Shown: positions 13,154 through 27,200 of the stretch, in pieces
Numbering within the stretch: the first letter of the stretch is position 1
Layout: the number at the start of each line of letters is the position of its first letter
Source: Sarea resinae
Lineage: Eukaryota
Direction: 5' to 3'
NCBI GenBank assembly: GCA_026026165.1
Contig: JAPEUD010000004.1
Coordinates: 496,001 to 560,000, forward strand
DNA: 64,000 bases
Position numbers and translations under genes: made by a program
The notes under the pieces: model-generated
Told to the model about the DNA's origin: nothing
Database searches by the model: none
The model's input: only the letters and a program-made list of their open reading frames with translations

Positions 13154-13824
13154 CGGATCGATTGCCGTAGTGGATGGGCTGCCGTAGTGCCAGATTTGGG
13201 TGATGTTTATACGGCAAGGCGGTTGAGTTTCGGCGCAGTTGGTAAGAAAAGATATGGTCACTGGTCGAGGGCAGAGACAGTGGATGCACACGAGAATTCA
13301 CTGCCTGAGGGACGGGATTCAATGCCCGAGGTGTCACTCGGCTTGCCGACGGCCCTCGCTCCTTTCTCTCCTTACCTAGTAATACCACGTTGAAATTTGA
13401 TCGGCTTGCCGTCTCGTCTTCCCATATACAACCTAGTTTTGACTCGTATACCCGTCACAAATCGATATCAGGAGGCTCGTTTCAAAGTTTCACAGCGGTT
13501 TCGCAATCATGTTCTTTCCACAGGTCAGCTAGTCAGATCATGATGAAGGCCAGCGAACAGGTCCTCTCTGGAACTACACTCTGGGGACTCGAGTGCAGAT
13601 GAGCAATCCGATGAAATTCATCGCAGATCTCAAAGGAGCGGACATAACCAATAAGGCAATCAAAGTCTATTTGCCGCTCTTGATCAAGTAAGGAGGCGTC
13701 CAATGAACTGTTACTGCATGAAGTAAAGCCTAAGGATCGCTGAAAACATTCGCTCTTTGGCTGCACCGCCCTGGCCCTGAGACATTTTCACTGTATACCA
13801 TCACGCACACCAAAGAAGGATTTC

Positions 13825-14442
13825 TTATGGTTTTGCATACGTCTGAGTCCACTCTCGTGCCGTTTGAATCGCCGCCGGTTCATCTTCCTTCCAACGCTGA
13901 GCAACATCATTAGCGAGTGGATCGTCAGGGTTTGGAGCACCCAGAAGTGCTTGGATGGAGAGCAGGATAGTGCGGATTTGAAGGGCGGGGGACCAATTGC
14001 CTATGGGCCGTCAGCTAGGCTTCTAGGAGGGACAGTCCAGCGAAACAGACTCTTAAGCACATCAAGGCAAATACGTCCAAGCTTATCGATGTTCGGATGG
14101 TATATTTTGGTCAGAAATCTGATCTTCGGAGGAGTCATGGGATAATCGTCGGGGAGAAACAGTTCGAGTTTGAAGACCCCGCCTGTGATACATCATGAGC
14201 CACGGAATCTACAGACAACCTCGATATTTATTTACCTTCGTAAGGTGATTGAGATGGGCCGTGGATCATGACATCGAAGTACCGAAGGTTATCCTCGTGG
14301 GGTATCGCGCTGATGCCGGGGACCCTTGAATCTCAAATTCAGCCGGATGATCGTGCTTGTGCAAGATTTTCTTAAGGAAGACTCACGGCTCGGCCATCAG
14401 GCGCTCCGTCTCCTTTATTATTCGCTTTGGTAAGGCGGCCAT
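13825..14442 (-). CDS. UBC13: Ubiquitin-conjugating enzyme E2 Ubc13 (UBE2N); exons 14442-14387, 14324-14236, 14182-14051, 14000-13825 (150 aa)
   Basis: Missed by the ORF track. Spliced product [35 protein letters not shown]...[52 protein letters not shown]..., with the HPN motif and catalytic Cys. Confidence 0.96.
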
Positions 14443-15277
14443 GTTTTATGCGACAGTAGAGAAGTGCGTTAACGAGGATGGGAAAAGGGAATAGCTCGAT
14501 CGACTCCGAGACTTGAGGATGCCAAGATCCAGCTTGTGATTGAAAGACTCGATTTAGAGTAGGTGATTCTTATGAAGTATCACTAGAACGTGGGAGCTCC
14601 GAACGTCACGGCACAGTGCATGAGGTCTAAAGGACGCGCGACCGTAGAGGGTTAGATAGGTCACTTGAGCCGGACTTTGAATCGACCAAATGCCAACAGA
14701 CACAGCTCCGGAGTCTATAAACAGAGAAGAAGAAACCCTGTACCGATGTATAGATGAAAGGAAGAGCTCGTAACGATGATCACAGCGTTATGGTCGTGAA
14801 TGCGGGGTTTGTGTTTCTTGGGGAGATCATCAGCAACCATCAAGCTGCCCCGCCAGTGACCGGACGTGGCACACAGTTATCGGCGAGGGGTGTTACCCGG
14901 TGGATTGGTGGCCGTACAGCTACAGTACGTGCTGTACGACGATAGTTACCTCAGGGCAGCTACCGCTAGCCAACTATCTACTTCTATCACCCTCTAATTC
15001 TTTAATAGCTGATTCTCAGCTTCATCCAACAGCTCTTGCCCGTTTCTTGGGTTCCGGGTCGTCGCCCAATGTATGACTGAGCTCGAGCGAGCCGCTCTCC
15101 GCCGTAGTGACTACAAGCACGTCCTCTGTGCGCGTGGTCAATCAGGCTCCGACTTAGACCTGATATCGTGCCTAATGAGTAAGGCCTGCTATGGCCTCGT
15201 ACGGAGCGGCCGAGGATTACAGCGTCTTGTTTACGGCTGATTGATCACTCCGTCGTGAGGAGGATACCGACTGAAAG

Positions 15278-18200
15278 ATGACCAAGATGGCGCAATTTGA
15301 GGAGCGCAGCCGCCCTAAGTCTGCTTTCGAGAGCGAGACTTTTGACCTGGACATGTCCCTCAAGGGTCCTCAGGCTGTTGGATCCATGTCAATCTCGCCA
15401 TGTGGAAGAGACGTTGTCCTTGCTTCGTGAGCCTCAACCCTCCCCAGTATTCCGTAAGAAGTTGACTGACTGGTTTCATCTAAAGCCGTGAAGGTCTGCA
15501 TGTCATCGATCTCGACTCCCCATACTCTCCCCCGCGTCATCTACCGCATCATACGCCCTGGGAAGTAGCTGACGTACAATGGTCGCCTTTTGCCTCCCGG
15601 CACTCGTGGGTCGTCAGCACATCTAATCAGAAAGCGCTTGTGTGGAATCTGGCCATGCCATCAGGCCCTTCGGCTATCGAACACGTCCTTCATGCGCACA
15701 GCCGAGCGATTACGGATATCAACTTCTCCGGCCACCATCCAGACAGCTTAGCAACCTGTGCGGTTGATAGTTTTGTACACTGCTGGGATTTACGGCATCC
15801 GGCAAGACCAGCCATCAGTTTCTGCGACTGGTTCGCCGGAGCTACACAAGTAAAGTGGAATAGGCAAGACTCGCATATCATTGCCTCGTCTCATGACAAA
15901 TATATCCGAATCTGGGATGACAGAAAAGGAGCTTATCCACTGCGATCAATAGAGGCCCACGGAACGAAAATCTATGGACTTGATTGGAACAGGACCAGAC
16001 CCACAGCTTTATTGACCTGTTCGTTGGATAAGACCGTCAAGTTTTGGGATTACTCGAACCCAGAAGATGTTCCGGAAAGGGTTATTAGGACGCCGTTCCC
16101 CGTTTGGAGGGCCAGACATACCCCTTTCGGATGGGGCCTTCTGGCAATGCCTCAGCGGGGTAATGGTGACTTACATCTGTATGATAGGCGACTGGGTCCG
16201 GGTATGAGTCGTGACGAAGCTGTCGCCCCTGTGCACAGCTTTGAAGGCCACCGGGATCAAGTCAAAGAATTTCTATGGAGAGCTCGAGGAACAATTGATG
16301 ATGGAATTGACAATCGAGAATTCCAGCTGGTCTCGTGGGGCATGGATCGTGAAGTTCGACTACATCGAATCAGCCCAGAGATCTTGAAGAGTGTTGGCTA
16401 TGAGAAGGGCAAGGAAGTACATGGAAGGCCACTTCTGACACGGAAAAATGCTATCTACAAGACATATCGTGACGAACAGCCAAAAGGTGATCAGGGTCGC
16501 CAACCACGCGACAGCCTGGGGCTCCCAAATGAACAGGGCGTCAATGGAAGTCCGCGAGGAGCTCTCACTGCCGGCATGAATAAGACTCCAATTCCCATCG
16601 CTCTTGGATGGGGGGAAGGTGGTTTTATGACCCCTCGAGATGGAATGCAAGGCAAACATGTAGCCAAAAAGGATGTCAATCCCATTGCATGGATGAAAGG
16701 GGTGAAAATCGGGAAAAGGGAAAGGGTCACCTTTAGTCGGCACGGCAGCCTGCCTGGACATGCATCGACACTTCTATCACCGCCTCTACGCGGGAGTGGC
16801 TCTTGGGAAGTTCCAGAGTCTTTAGGTGATGAAATAACACATGTCGGGGAGAAATTCAGCAAAGTCACATTCGACAGGGTTGATGTTTCAGATCGATTTG
16901 TGAGCGTCTCCATGAACGGTCCATGGGGTTCGGAATCCAAATTTGTGTATCTGAAGATGGACATAAAATTCCCAAAAGGTTATCCAGGGGCAATAGCGCC
17001 AGCATTCAAATTGGAGAAGACTTCTTCCATTTCGGAGGAGACAGTGGCGAAAATTTCCAAAGAGCTTCAGACAATTGCGGAGGCCTATGCCTCTAGAAGA
17101 CGAGGCTGTCTAGAAGCGATACTGCGCTATCTCTTGGGGGAGCGCAAATTAGAAGAAAGCACGGCTTGGCTTGGGGGAGACCACGATGGTGATGCTTTGA
17201 ATATCGAAGGACAGGCAAACGAGAGTTCGAGCGACGAAGAAGATGAGAGCGGGACCTTCCAAGATATGGAAATGAGTGGGACTGATATCCTTGTACCGCC
17301 GCGCACAAGTGCCAATGTCCCACGTGCCAGAGATCGTGGGGCTCGATTTTCCAATGATGGCAAGCTGATTTACTTCCTTCCGCCTAAAGAAGAGAGAGCC
17401 AGATCACTTCTTAGTACAATTACTTTGAGAGATGGCGATCGGTCATCTGCGGGTCCGAGGATATTTGAGGGTCTTGGACGTCTGCATACTGGCTCTCCTG
17501 GGCCAAAGCACAAGATCACCTCGATCGACGAAGAGGACGAGGATGAGTATGGATCCTCAGAAGAGTCACCCTCTTCTTCGAGCTCCTCGGATTCGGGCAG
17601 CAGCTCCAGCGGATTGTCGACACGATTCCAACCGCCCATCGCATGGCGTCGTAGCGGCCTTCGACTGCAGCGGATCCATTCGGCTGATCACTCCCAACGG
17701 TCGAGTGCTGGGACTGGGAATCTAAAGCAAGAATCTGGCAAGATAAAGTCATTACTTTCAGTCCGAAACTTCGAAGACCTTCTCCCAGCAAAGCGGTCTT
17801 TGGCAGAGGGATATGGTATTTTCGGCAATGGTCCTGATATCTGCGCACATAATGCTAAGGTCGCTTCTCATAACGGGTATCAGGATATTGCCGATGTGTG
17901 GGAGTTTCTTAAGCTGTTACTGTTCAACGAAGTTCCGCTAGACATAATGCCACAAACTCGACGGAAAGAGCATATTCTAGTCATCGCTAGACGTGCTTTG
18001 AGGAAAGTCCAAAGAAGAGACAGCGGCTTGGACCTAGCTTTTGACGAGCTGCCACACATCTCTGAGACCAATCTAACAGGTCGCGTCAAATGGGGTCGAC
18101 ATCCTCTGGGTGGTGCTTGGCTTGTCGATGCACTTTTCAAACATTTCGAGCAGCTTGCGGATGTACAGATGCTTGCAATGTTGTCTTGCGTTCTCAGTGA

Positions 18201-19767
18201 GCCAGCAGCAAAGGAAGGCGCCTCCGCATCCCTTCAGCAGCTGGAGCAACGGGAGATACCAATGACGTTGAAGAGTCCTGCTTTTTCTGTCGATTACTTC
18301 CCATCAGAAGAAATCGCGTGGAGCCTCTATCAGCATGCAGCTCCAATACCACCCAGGATATCTCACTCTTCTATTGCAATTCATGGCTCTACCAATTCTT
18401 CCAACGGTCCGTGGGGCAGCGATCCAACAACTCCGTACTCGACGGGTACCACGCCTCCTCATGTGTACAAGGCTCGTCGCGCGAGTGCGGATCCCAGTCC
18501 GCATACTCAAAGCCTCTCAACGTCCCCTGAAAACCATCACGCTCGTCGCGCGAACTCAAATCTAGCAAGTGTTTTTGCTGCGTCCTTTTCACGCCCCTTC
18601 TCCGGAACAGTTTCATCTACATCTCCACCGTCTAATACCCGAAAGAGGCCGAGTCCAGTAGAACACATGCTCGGCGCACTGCCGTCCGGCGCTGTGACTT
18701 GGGGTGCCAACACCATATTAGGAAGTGGAGCTGGCACCAGAAGCAGCGCTCCCATCTCAAGCGAGGCACAATCTCCAGAAGGCTCCGTTACTGAAGATGA
18801 CGACCAGCCCAACACACCCAAACAAAACTTTATCAGCGTGAAACTCAAGAATCAAAATCTCTTCGACCAAGAAGGCCACGCCAGCACCCCGCTCCTCTCG
18901 CCCGATCTATCTGCCCGCTATAAAGCCTACCGCGAATGCTACGCCCATCTGCTTCACATCTGGAATCTCCCGCTCACCAGATGTGAGATTCTCAAATTTA
19001 ATGGTCTCGTTTCGTACTTCCCCGCTCCTCGTTCTCGGAAATCCGCCTCCCTCATTTCTCTCGGCAAAAAGCGCCGCCATGAATCCGCAGGAGGCCGTCT
19101 ATCCAACGGCGCCTCATCCACCACTATCAACACCATCAGTGCCGACGACACCGCCACAGGCTCCGCGACCGCCATCGACGATACCTATGATGACGACGAA
19201 GACGTCTCCGACACCGAAGGCACCTTCACCGGCCTCACACTTACAGGTCACTGCCGCACCTGTGGCCGCCTTCTCCGACGCACACGGCACAACAACCACG
19301 GCGCTTCTTCGTCGGAGCCAACACGGGCTTTTAACACGGCCTCGGGGCGCTGTACTTCCTGTTCGCGCTCCCAGCACCAACTTGCCTGCGTCATCTGCAA
19401 CGAAGTCATCCACGGCCTTTACGCGCCCTGTCTTGGGTGCGGTCACATCAGTCACGCCGACTGCCATGCGCTGTGGTACGCGCAGTTCGATGGCGAAAGT
19501 CCCGATGGCGGCGGCAGCGACGCAGAATGCGTCACCGGGTGTGGTTGTCTCTGCGCGCAACGCGCGACTGCTGTGGGCGGCCGGGTTGAGGGTTTGCTTA
19601 CTGGTGGTGGTGGCGGCATCGACGGTGCAAAGCTGGGCCCAGTCAGGGACTGGGACGAGGATGCCTGGGAGGAGATTGGCGGCGTTGCGTTTGGCGCCGC
19701 TACTACCCTCGGCAGAGGCGTGGGCGCGGGTCTGAGTCGCGGCCTTTTTGTTGCTCCGGAGAAATAA
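15278..19767 (+). CDS. MTC5: SEACAT/GATOR2 subunit Mtc5/Sea3 (WDR59): WD40 repeats, RWD domain, C-terminal RING; exons 15278-15426, 15486-19767 (~1476 aa)
   Basis: Intron 15427-15485 joins ...SISPCGRDVVLAS|REGLHVIDLD. WD40 motifs (HSRAITDINF, CAVDSFVHCWD, PVWRARHTPFG), RWD FPKGYP, and RING CVIC...CLGCGHISHADC...CVTGCGCLC. Alternative ATG at 15287. Confidence 0.92.
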
Positions 19768-20079
19768 TCCGCCTGCGTGGCTGGCTGGCTGGCTCATTGA
19801 TATGTTCTGGGGAGGGGTCCTCTTGATTCGTATGGTTATCGGTATGTATCATACAAAGTATTAGTGCGTGTTTACGGCTCCGAGGATGCAATAATCGATC
19901 CGATCTTGTGTTTCTACTTTTCTATCTGTCCTTTTCCTCGGGCCTCTTGTATCTGGATGGATGGATTGGCTTTCTCTACTTATATATCAAGGTCGTGGGT
20001 TTCGGGTGGAATTAGATCAGAGACGGGCGTTGCACGGTGCGTTTTTTATTTTATTTTGCTTTTGGCTGGGAGGTTTCAA

Positions 20080-20526
20080 GCTACTAGATACCACTAGATG
20101 TTCTCGTTCTCTCTCTACTTATCCTCTCTATCTTCCTATCTTCTTATCTTCCTATCTCTTAATCTCTCTATCCACATATCTCTTTAATCCTCCTATCTAA
20201 AGCAAGCAAAACAAACCCGTAACCGAATTTCTATGAACCTAGTCAAGAACAAATATACTCCGTCTACCCCCCCACCCCCCCCCCCCGTCTCTATCCCTAT
20301 CCATATCTCTATCCCTTACCCCCTATCTACCTCCACCAAACCGAAAAGCCGAAAAACGGAAACAGAAGGGGAAACGGAAACGGAAACAGAAACAGAAACA
20401 GAAATATCCTTATCCTATAGCACACGCATGAGCTTTGCTTTTTTCCCTCGATTTCTTCTTTTTTTCTTCTTCTCCTCTGCTTGCTGGCTGACTAGGTAGG
20501 TGGGTAGATAGGTAGGTAGGTAAGGT

Positions 20527-20557
<31 letters not shown>

Positions 20558-21330
20558 TAGGTAAGAGGCAAGTAGTGTAGGTAGGGAAGTTCGCAGGTAG
20601 GTAGACTAGTAGGTTAGTAGGTTAGTTAGTACCTAAGTAGTATATCAGTATAGTAGTATAGCATAGTTTCCTTTCCCTTCTTCACCTTTCTCTTATTTAC
20701 CTACCTTTCTCTCTCTTTACTCTACCTTACTCAAGCTTACCTTACTCTACCTTATGTACCCTACCTAGGGTGAGGTTCAAACTAGTAGGTAAGGTAGGTA
20801 GGTAGGTAGAGAGATAGATAGATAGGTAGAGAGAGAGAGAGGTAGAGTAGGTAGAGTTAACACGCGCGCCATTCCTGTGTTCCTAATTCATACGTTTCTA
20901 GAGGCGGGAGGCGAGAGGCAGGAGGAGACAGGAAACAGAAGACAGAAGATAGGAGACAAGAGGTAGGAGAAAGACGTTCAAGGTATTATATAAAGCAAGT
21001 AACAAAAGTGAGTGAATAAGAGTAAGGTAAGCAAGTGACTGACTGAGTGACTGAGTGACTGAGTGACTGAGGTAAACACGTATCATACTGTATCGATAGC
21101 CACCTATCTTACTAGCTACTTACCTAGCCAAGGTACAGTGAAGTAAGGTAAGGTACGTTAAAAGTAAGGTGTAGTAAGGTGAGGTAAGTTAAGGTAAGAT
21201 AAGGTAAAGTAATGTAAGGTGAGGTAAGGTAAAGTCTGCTAAGATCTGCTAACAAGCCAACTACTCTGACACACTAAACCACTACCACTACCACTATCAC
21301 TATCACGAACACTGAAGCTGAAGCTGACGT
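20080..21330. repeat. TpA-rich microsatellite island 2 between convergent MTC5 and the cyclin gene
   Basis: (GGTA)n, (GTAAG)n, (GATA)n, (AG)n, (GAAACA/G)n and (GTGACTGA)n; very few CA/TG dinucleotides in 20490-20860. Confidence 0.9.
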
Positions 21331-21956
21331 TAAAGCTGACGCTCAACCTAACGCGAGTCTCCTTCTCTCTCCCTTCCTCTCTCCACCTTCCTCTGCTCTC
21401 CACGCTCCGCTACTCCTGCCGCCCCATCACAGGCACAGACACAGAAACAACCAAAGCCAATAAAAAACTCCACGAGAAATGCCCGCACCGAATCCGTTCA
21501 ATTCAATTCAATTCAATTCCATTCCGTTCCCCGTTCCCGTCCATCCCGTACACGAAGAGAGCGCGCTCCAACCCCGTTTCCAGGGCCCCCACAGCCCAGG
21601 CCTGGGCAGGCAGGCCCCTGTATCCCGTTTGCTGAACTGACTGACATTTGAGAGATAAAAATAGAGAGGGGAAAAGCGAGCAAAGATGTGTGGGATGGTT
21701 GATAGTAGCGATCATGATGATAAGAAGATGGTGGTGGTAGTAATGATAGTGATATGATGAGATGTTGATATGTTAATGAGTGTGGTAGCCGTTGCAGAAG
21801 TGACAACTTTTTCCACCCCTTCATTTTCTTGATCGTAGAGCCACGCCATGGAACGGTTTACTCGTTATCATTCCGGCTCTAGTTCCAAATCCAACGCGAA
21901 CTCCGACTCATAGCAATCAAACGCAAAGTGTCGATAGACAGCAGAGTGCGTCGGAT

Positions 21957-24255
21957 TCAGAGAACACCCTCCCACATACCGGGACCAGGTCTCCGATCCC
22001 TCATCGCCAAAACCCTCGCGGCTTCCTCGCCACAGCACGCCCTCTTCCTGCCCATATGCTTCAGCAGCGGGAGGCGATGCGGCGACATGTGGCTCGGCGA
22101 CTGGAGAGCCTTGGCGTTGCACGAACGATTGAGCGCGTCGACGTCGACAGGTTCTTGAAGCAAGAAAGATTGCGCTGCGCACGGATCGGCTGAGACGGAT
22201 GTGAGGTTGTTATTCTCGTTCCGTGCCTTCAGCGCCATGAGCTGGCGAACCTGCTGCTGCATATTGGCTTCGTCCGAGCAGCGCGATCGCTTGCGGCCCG
22301 CTTGGCAGGACAACGACGTGTATGTCTGTGGTGACATGCTGTGATAATTCAAGAGCTCTTTCAGTCCGCATGGAGGCTCGCGAGATGCGGGCCGAGCCAT
22401 CGTTTCTCGTGGAGTGTTCAACGAGAAGTTGGAAAAGTCAGGAATGGAGCCAGCTGACAGCGCATAAGACTCTGGGGAGGATGAAAGTGCACCGGCATTC
22501 GAGTACGCCACACCTTCGATCAGGGGACCATTGACTGGCGCCGCATTTTCCTTCATCGTCGAAGTCAACAACTTTGCGTTTCGACGAGTCGCCTGCATAG
22601 CCAGATTGGCTGGATTCGGCGCACATATCGAAGACGACGTTGAAGAGATCGACGACGAACGCGACGATCTGGAGCTGTCCGAGACCATCGAATCGGGTGA
22701 GGACGCCAGTGACGAAGAGCGAGCAAGCGACGAACGACGACCAGAACTCTGGTAGCTATCCAACGCAGTCGGCTTCGCATATGGTGGCGGGTTCCACTGA
22801 TCGCAGGTGATGCGCGTCAGGCAAGTATTCTGAGCTTGGACCATAGCTGCCCCCATGGATGATCTCCTCGAACAAAAGCTCCCGGCACCCGCTGCAGGGG
22901 TGCTGAAGCCTCCAGAAGGAGTCATCTGTGGGGTTGGCAAGGGTCCAGCTCGCGAAAGACCTGGAAGGATCTGTGGTTGTGGCTGAGGTTCCAATACTCG
23001 GGGAATGCAGTTGGACGGGGTTGGCGTCTGGTCGTTGGATCCTGGTTTGGAGGCGCAGTCGGGCCGATATGAAAGACGTGGTGTCGAGGATTCCGCGCCC
23101 GACATTGAAGACCGCAAATCGGCATCCGTAGACATTGCAGAGTCAAAGCTGACGTTATCCAGATCCGGCGTCAAGATGGGGATAACTGTACGCCAGTCAC
23201 ACTTGCGGCCGGGGCATGCGGTAGCTGCTGTAGGCGCTGGTGGCCGAGTTGAAGAGGTGCATTTGAGGACGACATCTGTCCACCTTTGAAAAACCGCCTC
23301 AGAGATGTGCAACCGCCAGTTGACAGCAGAGAGAAAGGTCATTTCATTTGCGTTAATCTCTTGAGCATTGAGACCAGATATCTTGCTCCAGGCTCGTGCC
23401 GAGTAGTTTCGGTCTTGGAGGTATTTTGAGGCGAGTATCAAGGCCGAGAGAAACATTCTCCGCCCGCATTGAAGTGCTCGTAGGGATTGCTCGTCTTCGG
23501 GCTGCTCCATCGTAAAATCGTACTTCGGAACATGGGACTTTATTAGTATTAAATAATATAACGCCACCTGGAGGGTAGAGTAGCTGGTCCTTGAACGCCG
23601 AAGCGTCTCTTGGATAAACGTCCTCAAGGGTAGAACGCCCTTGCCGCCGAGAGCGGCATCACTTCGACAAGTCATAACGGAAAGGGGCCATATAGCCTCA
23701 ACAATCTGAGCAGCAGAATCTGCACGTAACAACATTTAGCGAGCGAACATGTCTTGATCCTGGGATGTCCTTACCGACGAGACCGTCGACAAAGTTGACC
23801 TTTCGATCACTTTGTCGAATTAATGGCGGCGGGACGCGTGCACAACCTGCTTTGGGACAGCCACTTGGGATGTCGTTCTGGACTTCAGGATAGGTTCTTC
23901 TGGGATGCTGCCGAAGTTCCGAAGCAACCCTGCAATCTCCATTACCAAGTGCATTGAGGGCAGTCCGCGAAGTGGGAAATGAGATGCCTTCAAGACCTAG
24001 ATCCTTCGGAGCAGTTGGCTGCTCGCGAAAACACTCGGTGTGCTCTACCTCTGGGACGACGTTCAGAGAACTGGCGACGGACGAGGAAGACGAGGTAACA
24101 GAGCTCTGAGAAGAGAATCCATCAACGGAGAAGATTGATGACGAAGAGGAGGAAGCGGAGGAAGGGGTCGAAGAGGAGTAAGGGTGATTATTTTGATAGG
24201 TTTGCTTCGACGAGTAGAAGGAACTTGGGGTCGGAAGTGCCCCGAATTCCATCAT
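21957..24255 (-). CDS. PCL5: Pho85-type cyclin, Pcl5/Pas1-like; exons 24255-23775, 23719-21957 (~747 aa)
   Basis: Intron 23774-23720 gives DRKVNFVDGLV-D-SAAQIVEAIWP. Cyclin box LPLRTFIQETLRRSRTSYSTLQVALYYL...RRMFLSALILASKYLQDRNYSARAWSKISGL...EMTFLSAVNWRLHI. Subfamily assignment is from recall. Confidence 0.85.
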
Positions 24256-27200
24256 GTGTGAAGGCCTGAGGAGGATGATAAAGTCGGATTAAGAGATGCG
24301 GTCAAGTGTTGACAAGTGACCGGGGTAAAACCGTGGTGTAACCTTTTGCCGTGCGAAAACCGTTCGAGCGATCCGAATACCGTGTTCCGTCTGAACTATT
24401 CGAGGTGACGGATAACCTCTAAAATCTGCTTCTCCAGTTTTGATATCCGAAAATCGTAGATGATCGTAGACTGCTTTTAGCGCGTATCGACAATGGAGTG
24501 AGAACCAATTAGATAGCGCATGAAAAACCTTCGGGAAAAGCCACGAAGTTCCAAATATCTTCGAAGAAACAAATAATGGACGATCAATGTCCGATGCTCC
24601 GGTGTGTGTAGTGCGCCGTAAGCCGTAAGGGGGGAATCGAGAGAGATGGATGGTAGATGTTGCGTGACTTAGAGAAGCACCTCCAGTCGCAATTCGCAGA
24701 AGTTCGAGCGGTTGCAAGCTGTCTTGAACGCCTTTCGACAACCTTCAAGGAAATACAAGCTTATCGTCAACGAACTAGTTGTCGCAAAGACTGTGTGCGC
24801 CTGAAACTCCGGTGAGGTTCAGACTTGAGATCCTTGGAAGCAAGAATATCTTTCTGTATTTGCGGTGATATAATCTCTGCGACTGACGACTGGAGTGGTG
24901 AGCTGTGGGCTGGAAAGCATTTTGGTAATATATTGATGAGATATGGGCGGAGTGAAGGTGGTTATGCCTGTGGCAGCAGCAACCAGCTTCCGGGAAAAGA
25001 AGAGAAGATCTCAAAGGATGGATCGACACGAGCTATCAAGCTTTTCGAGATGGAGCGAAGACAGAGTCCAAGGACTGAGCTCGAATCCGGCGATATGGAC
25101 TGTTGCCGCCGAGCAGGCGTGTGGGTATGCTCCGAGCTCGGTAGTGGCCAAGTCTCGCTGGAGATTCCGCGATCGATCAATGAAGGCAAATGACGGAACG
25201 CCACACAAGGAGAGTAATGGACGGGCGCGTATTAGTCGAGGCCGAGTGGCGGTTAAATAAAGGGTCCGCTCAGATAGACGGAGGGAATGACTGAGATGCG
25301 TAAGTGTGGACTATGAGTCTTCGAGGCGCGGCAAGGACGGGCTGAGCCAGGAGTGTCGCGCGTTGAGACAGGAGGTTTGGCTGCGTGAGTACGGTAGGGG
25401 AGGTAGTTCGGTCGGTAGGTGGTAGGTAGGAGAGGAGAGGGCTGCTGCGGGCAGCAGAGGGAGGACGAGGACCGGGAGAGTGAGTAACCAGAAGAGAATT
25501 TCCCGACGATGTTGATTTTGCAGGTTCGAGGCTGGTAGCAATGGCAGACTTTAGAAGCCGCGCTCTTCAGAGAGGTGCAAGTAATTCATCGTTGCTGATG
25601 GGATGGGTCTCGTCGACGGATTGGGGGGGGACCAGCGGTTTTGAGCAAGAGCAAACGGGCGGCGATGAGCCAACAGGCGGCGGGGAGTCATAGTCTACGG
25701 TCACGGCGGTCGAGGTACCGCCGTGGACGGTGGTGTGGACGGCGGTGGCCAATCAAGGTACCTGTGCAGTACCGGCTACGAGCCACCCAGCCTGCCCCGT
25801 GAGGCCGCCTCTGACGCATCGGTACCCACTCTCGCCACCAGCCCGCCATACGCTGTAGAGGTACCTCGCACCTGCCGTGGCCCTCACCTTGGCTGCGCTC
25901 GACGGTTCCCTGTGACCTGGCTGGACCTGGCCCACGCTCGCCGGCCGGTACTCGACGTACCTTTTCCTCATCTCTCTGCCCAACATGTACGCTGTACTGT
26001 GAGTAAGGTACTCTGTTTCTCTCCTCTCTGGCTCCTCGACCTTAGCTGGCTCTGTATCTGTCTGACTTGGGTAACTCAACGTGCTCCCCAAGCTACAAAG
26101 GGGGCGGGTCCATGCACGACCACACTACTGTTACCTACCGAAGGTATCTTACCTTACTCGACGACAACCACCCGTACATAGTAGACACTGGAACAGCTCA
26201 GCGTTCGCATACCGTACTGCGCAGTAGCAGTCGTCCCCTCCAGCTCTCGACCCCAGCCAGTTCCAGTACTCCGTAGTCCCCCTTACTCCCTCCTCCGTAC
26301 TCCGTACTGCGTACTGAAAACAGCTTCATTCATGATTGCCTACCTCAGCCCGGGTCTCGTCTCTCGATCACGGTCAAGATCTCCCGAGTCATCGTGAGCG
26401 AGGCAGCGCCTTCTCCGTCAGCCATGGCGGCAGGCCTACCGAGCTCACGTTGTCGGTGGTGATACTCTTGCCGCACAGTACAGGGAAACGGTACTCTTTA
26501 CGGTAGTCGAAGTGGGCAGATCAGCTCATGGGCGCACCCACACACAATACTGACTGACCCTCCACGCCCGCCTCACAAGACCGGAAAACAATTTATCAAA
26601 CCGAGTCTGATGGCTGACGGTGATTGTTCGGTAATGCCTCGACCAGAGATGCAAGCCGCTGAAATTTCGTGCCGACAGTAAGATCCGTCGCGTTTTTCGA
26701 GATTGGGGTTGACACAGGCGCCATGTTTGCCGTATCGGGGTTCCAGGCTTGCGCTGTTGGTCCGTCAGCTGTCGAAGCTGAAGGATCCCTTGGTCTGAGC
26801 ACAGCGACAGCAGCAGTAGCAACAACAACAATAACAACAACAGAGTCCACGACTGGACTGGAGCTGCAAGCAATCCCGTAATTATGCATGGCAGAAGGGA
26901 ACGAGAAAAGCCAAGCTCGCCATGCGCACAGCAGCAATGCAGCGCCGCATATAATTAGCATTCCGCCAATGAAGAGTCGAGGAAATGAGATGGCGCTCAG
27001 CCCGCCCCCCAACGAGAGTTGCGGAAGTTGCTGAAGGTGCTGAGCCAGAACTCGGGGGGGCAAATACCGAGTCGCTGATTGGTGGGGCCCTGCCTACTCC
27101 GTACTGCTTTTTCCTACTCCTAGTCGAGGTACATTAGGCATTAGGCACACACTCCTCGATCGGAAAGGAGATCGGGGAGGCGAAGTATTGTGTATGGGCA

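Noticed and set aside
24289..24741. 150-codon UUG-started ORF in frame with the cyclin, as a possible N-terminal extension
   Set aside because: An in-frame TAA at 24291-24289 lies 11 codons before the AUG, and TAA is a poor readthrough codon; the peptide is unrecognisable.
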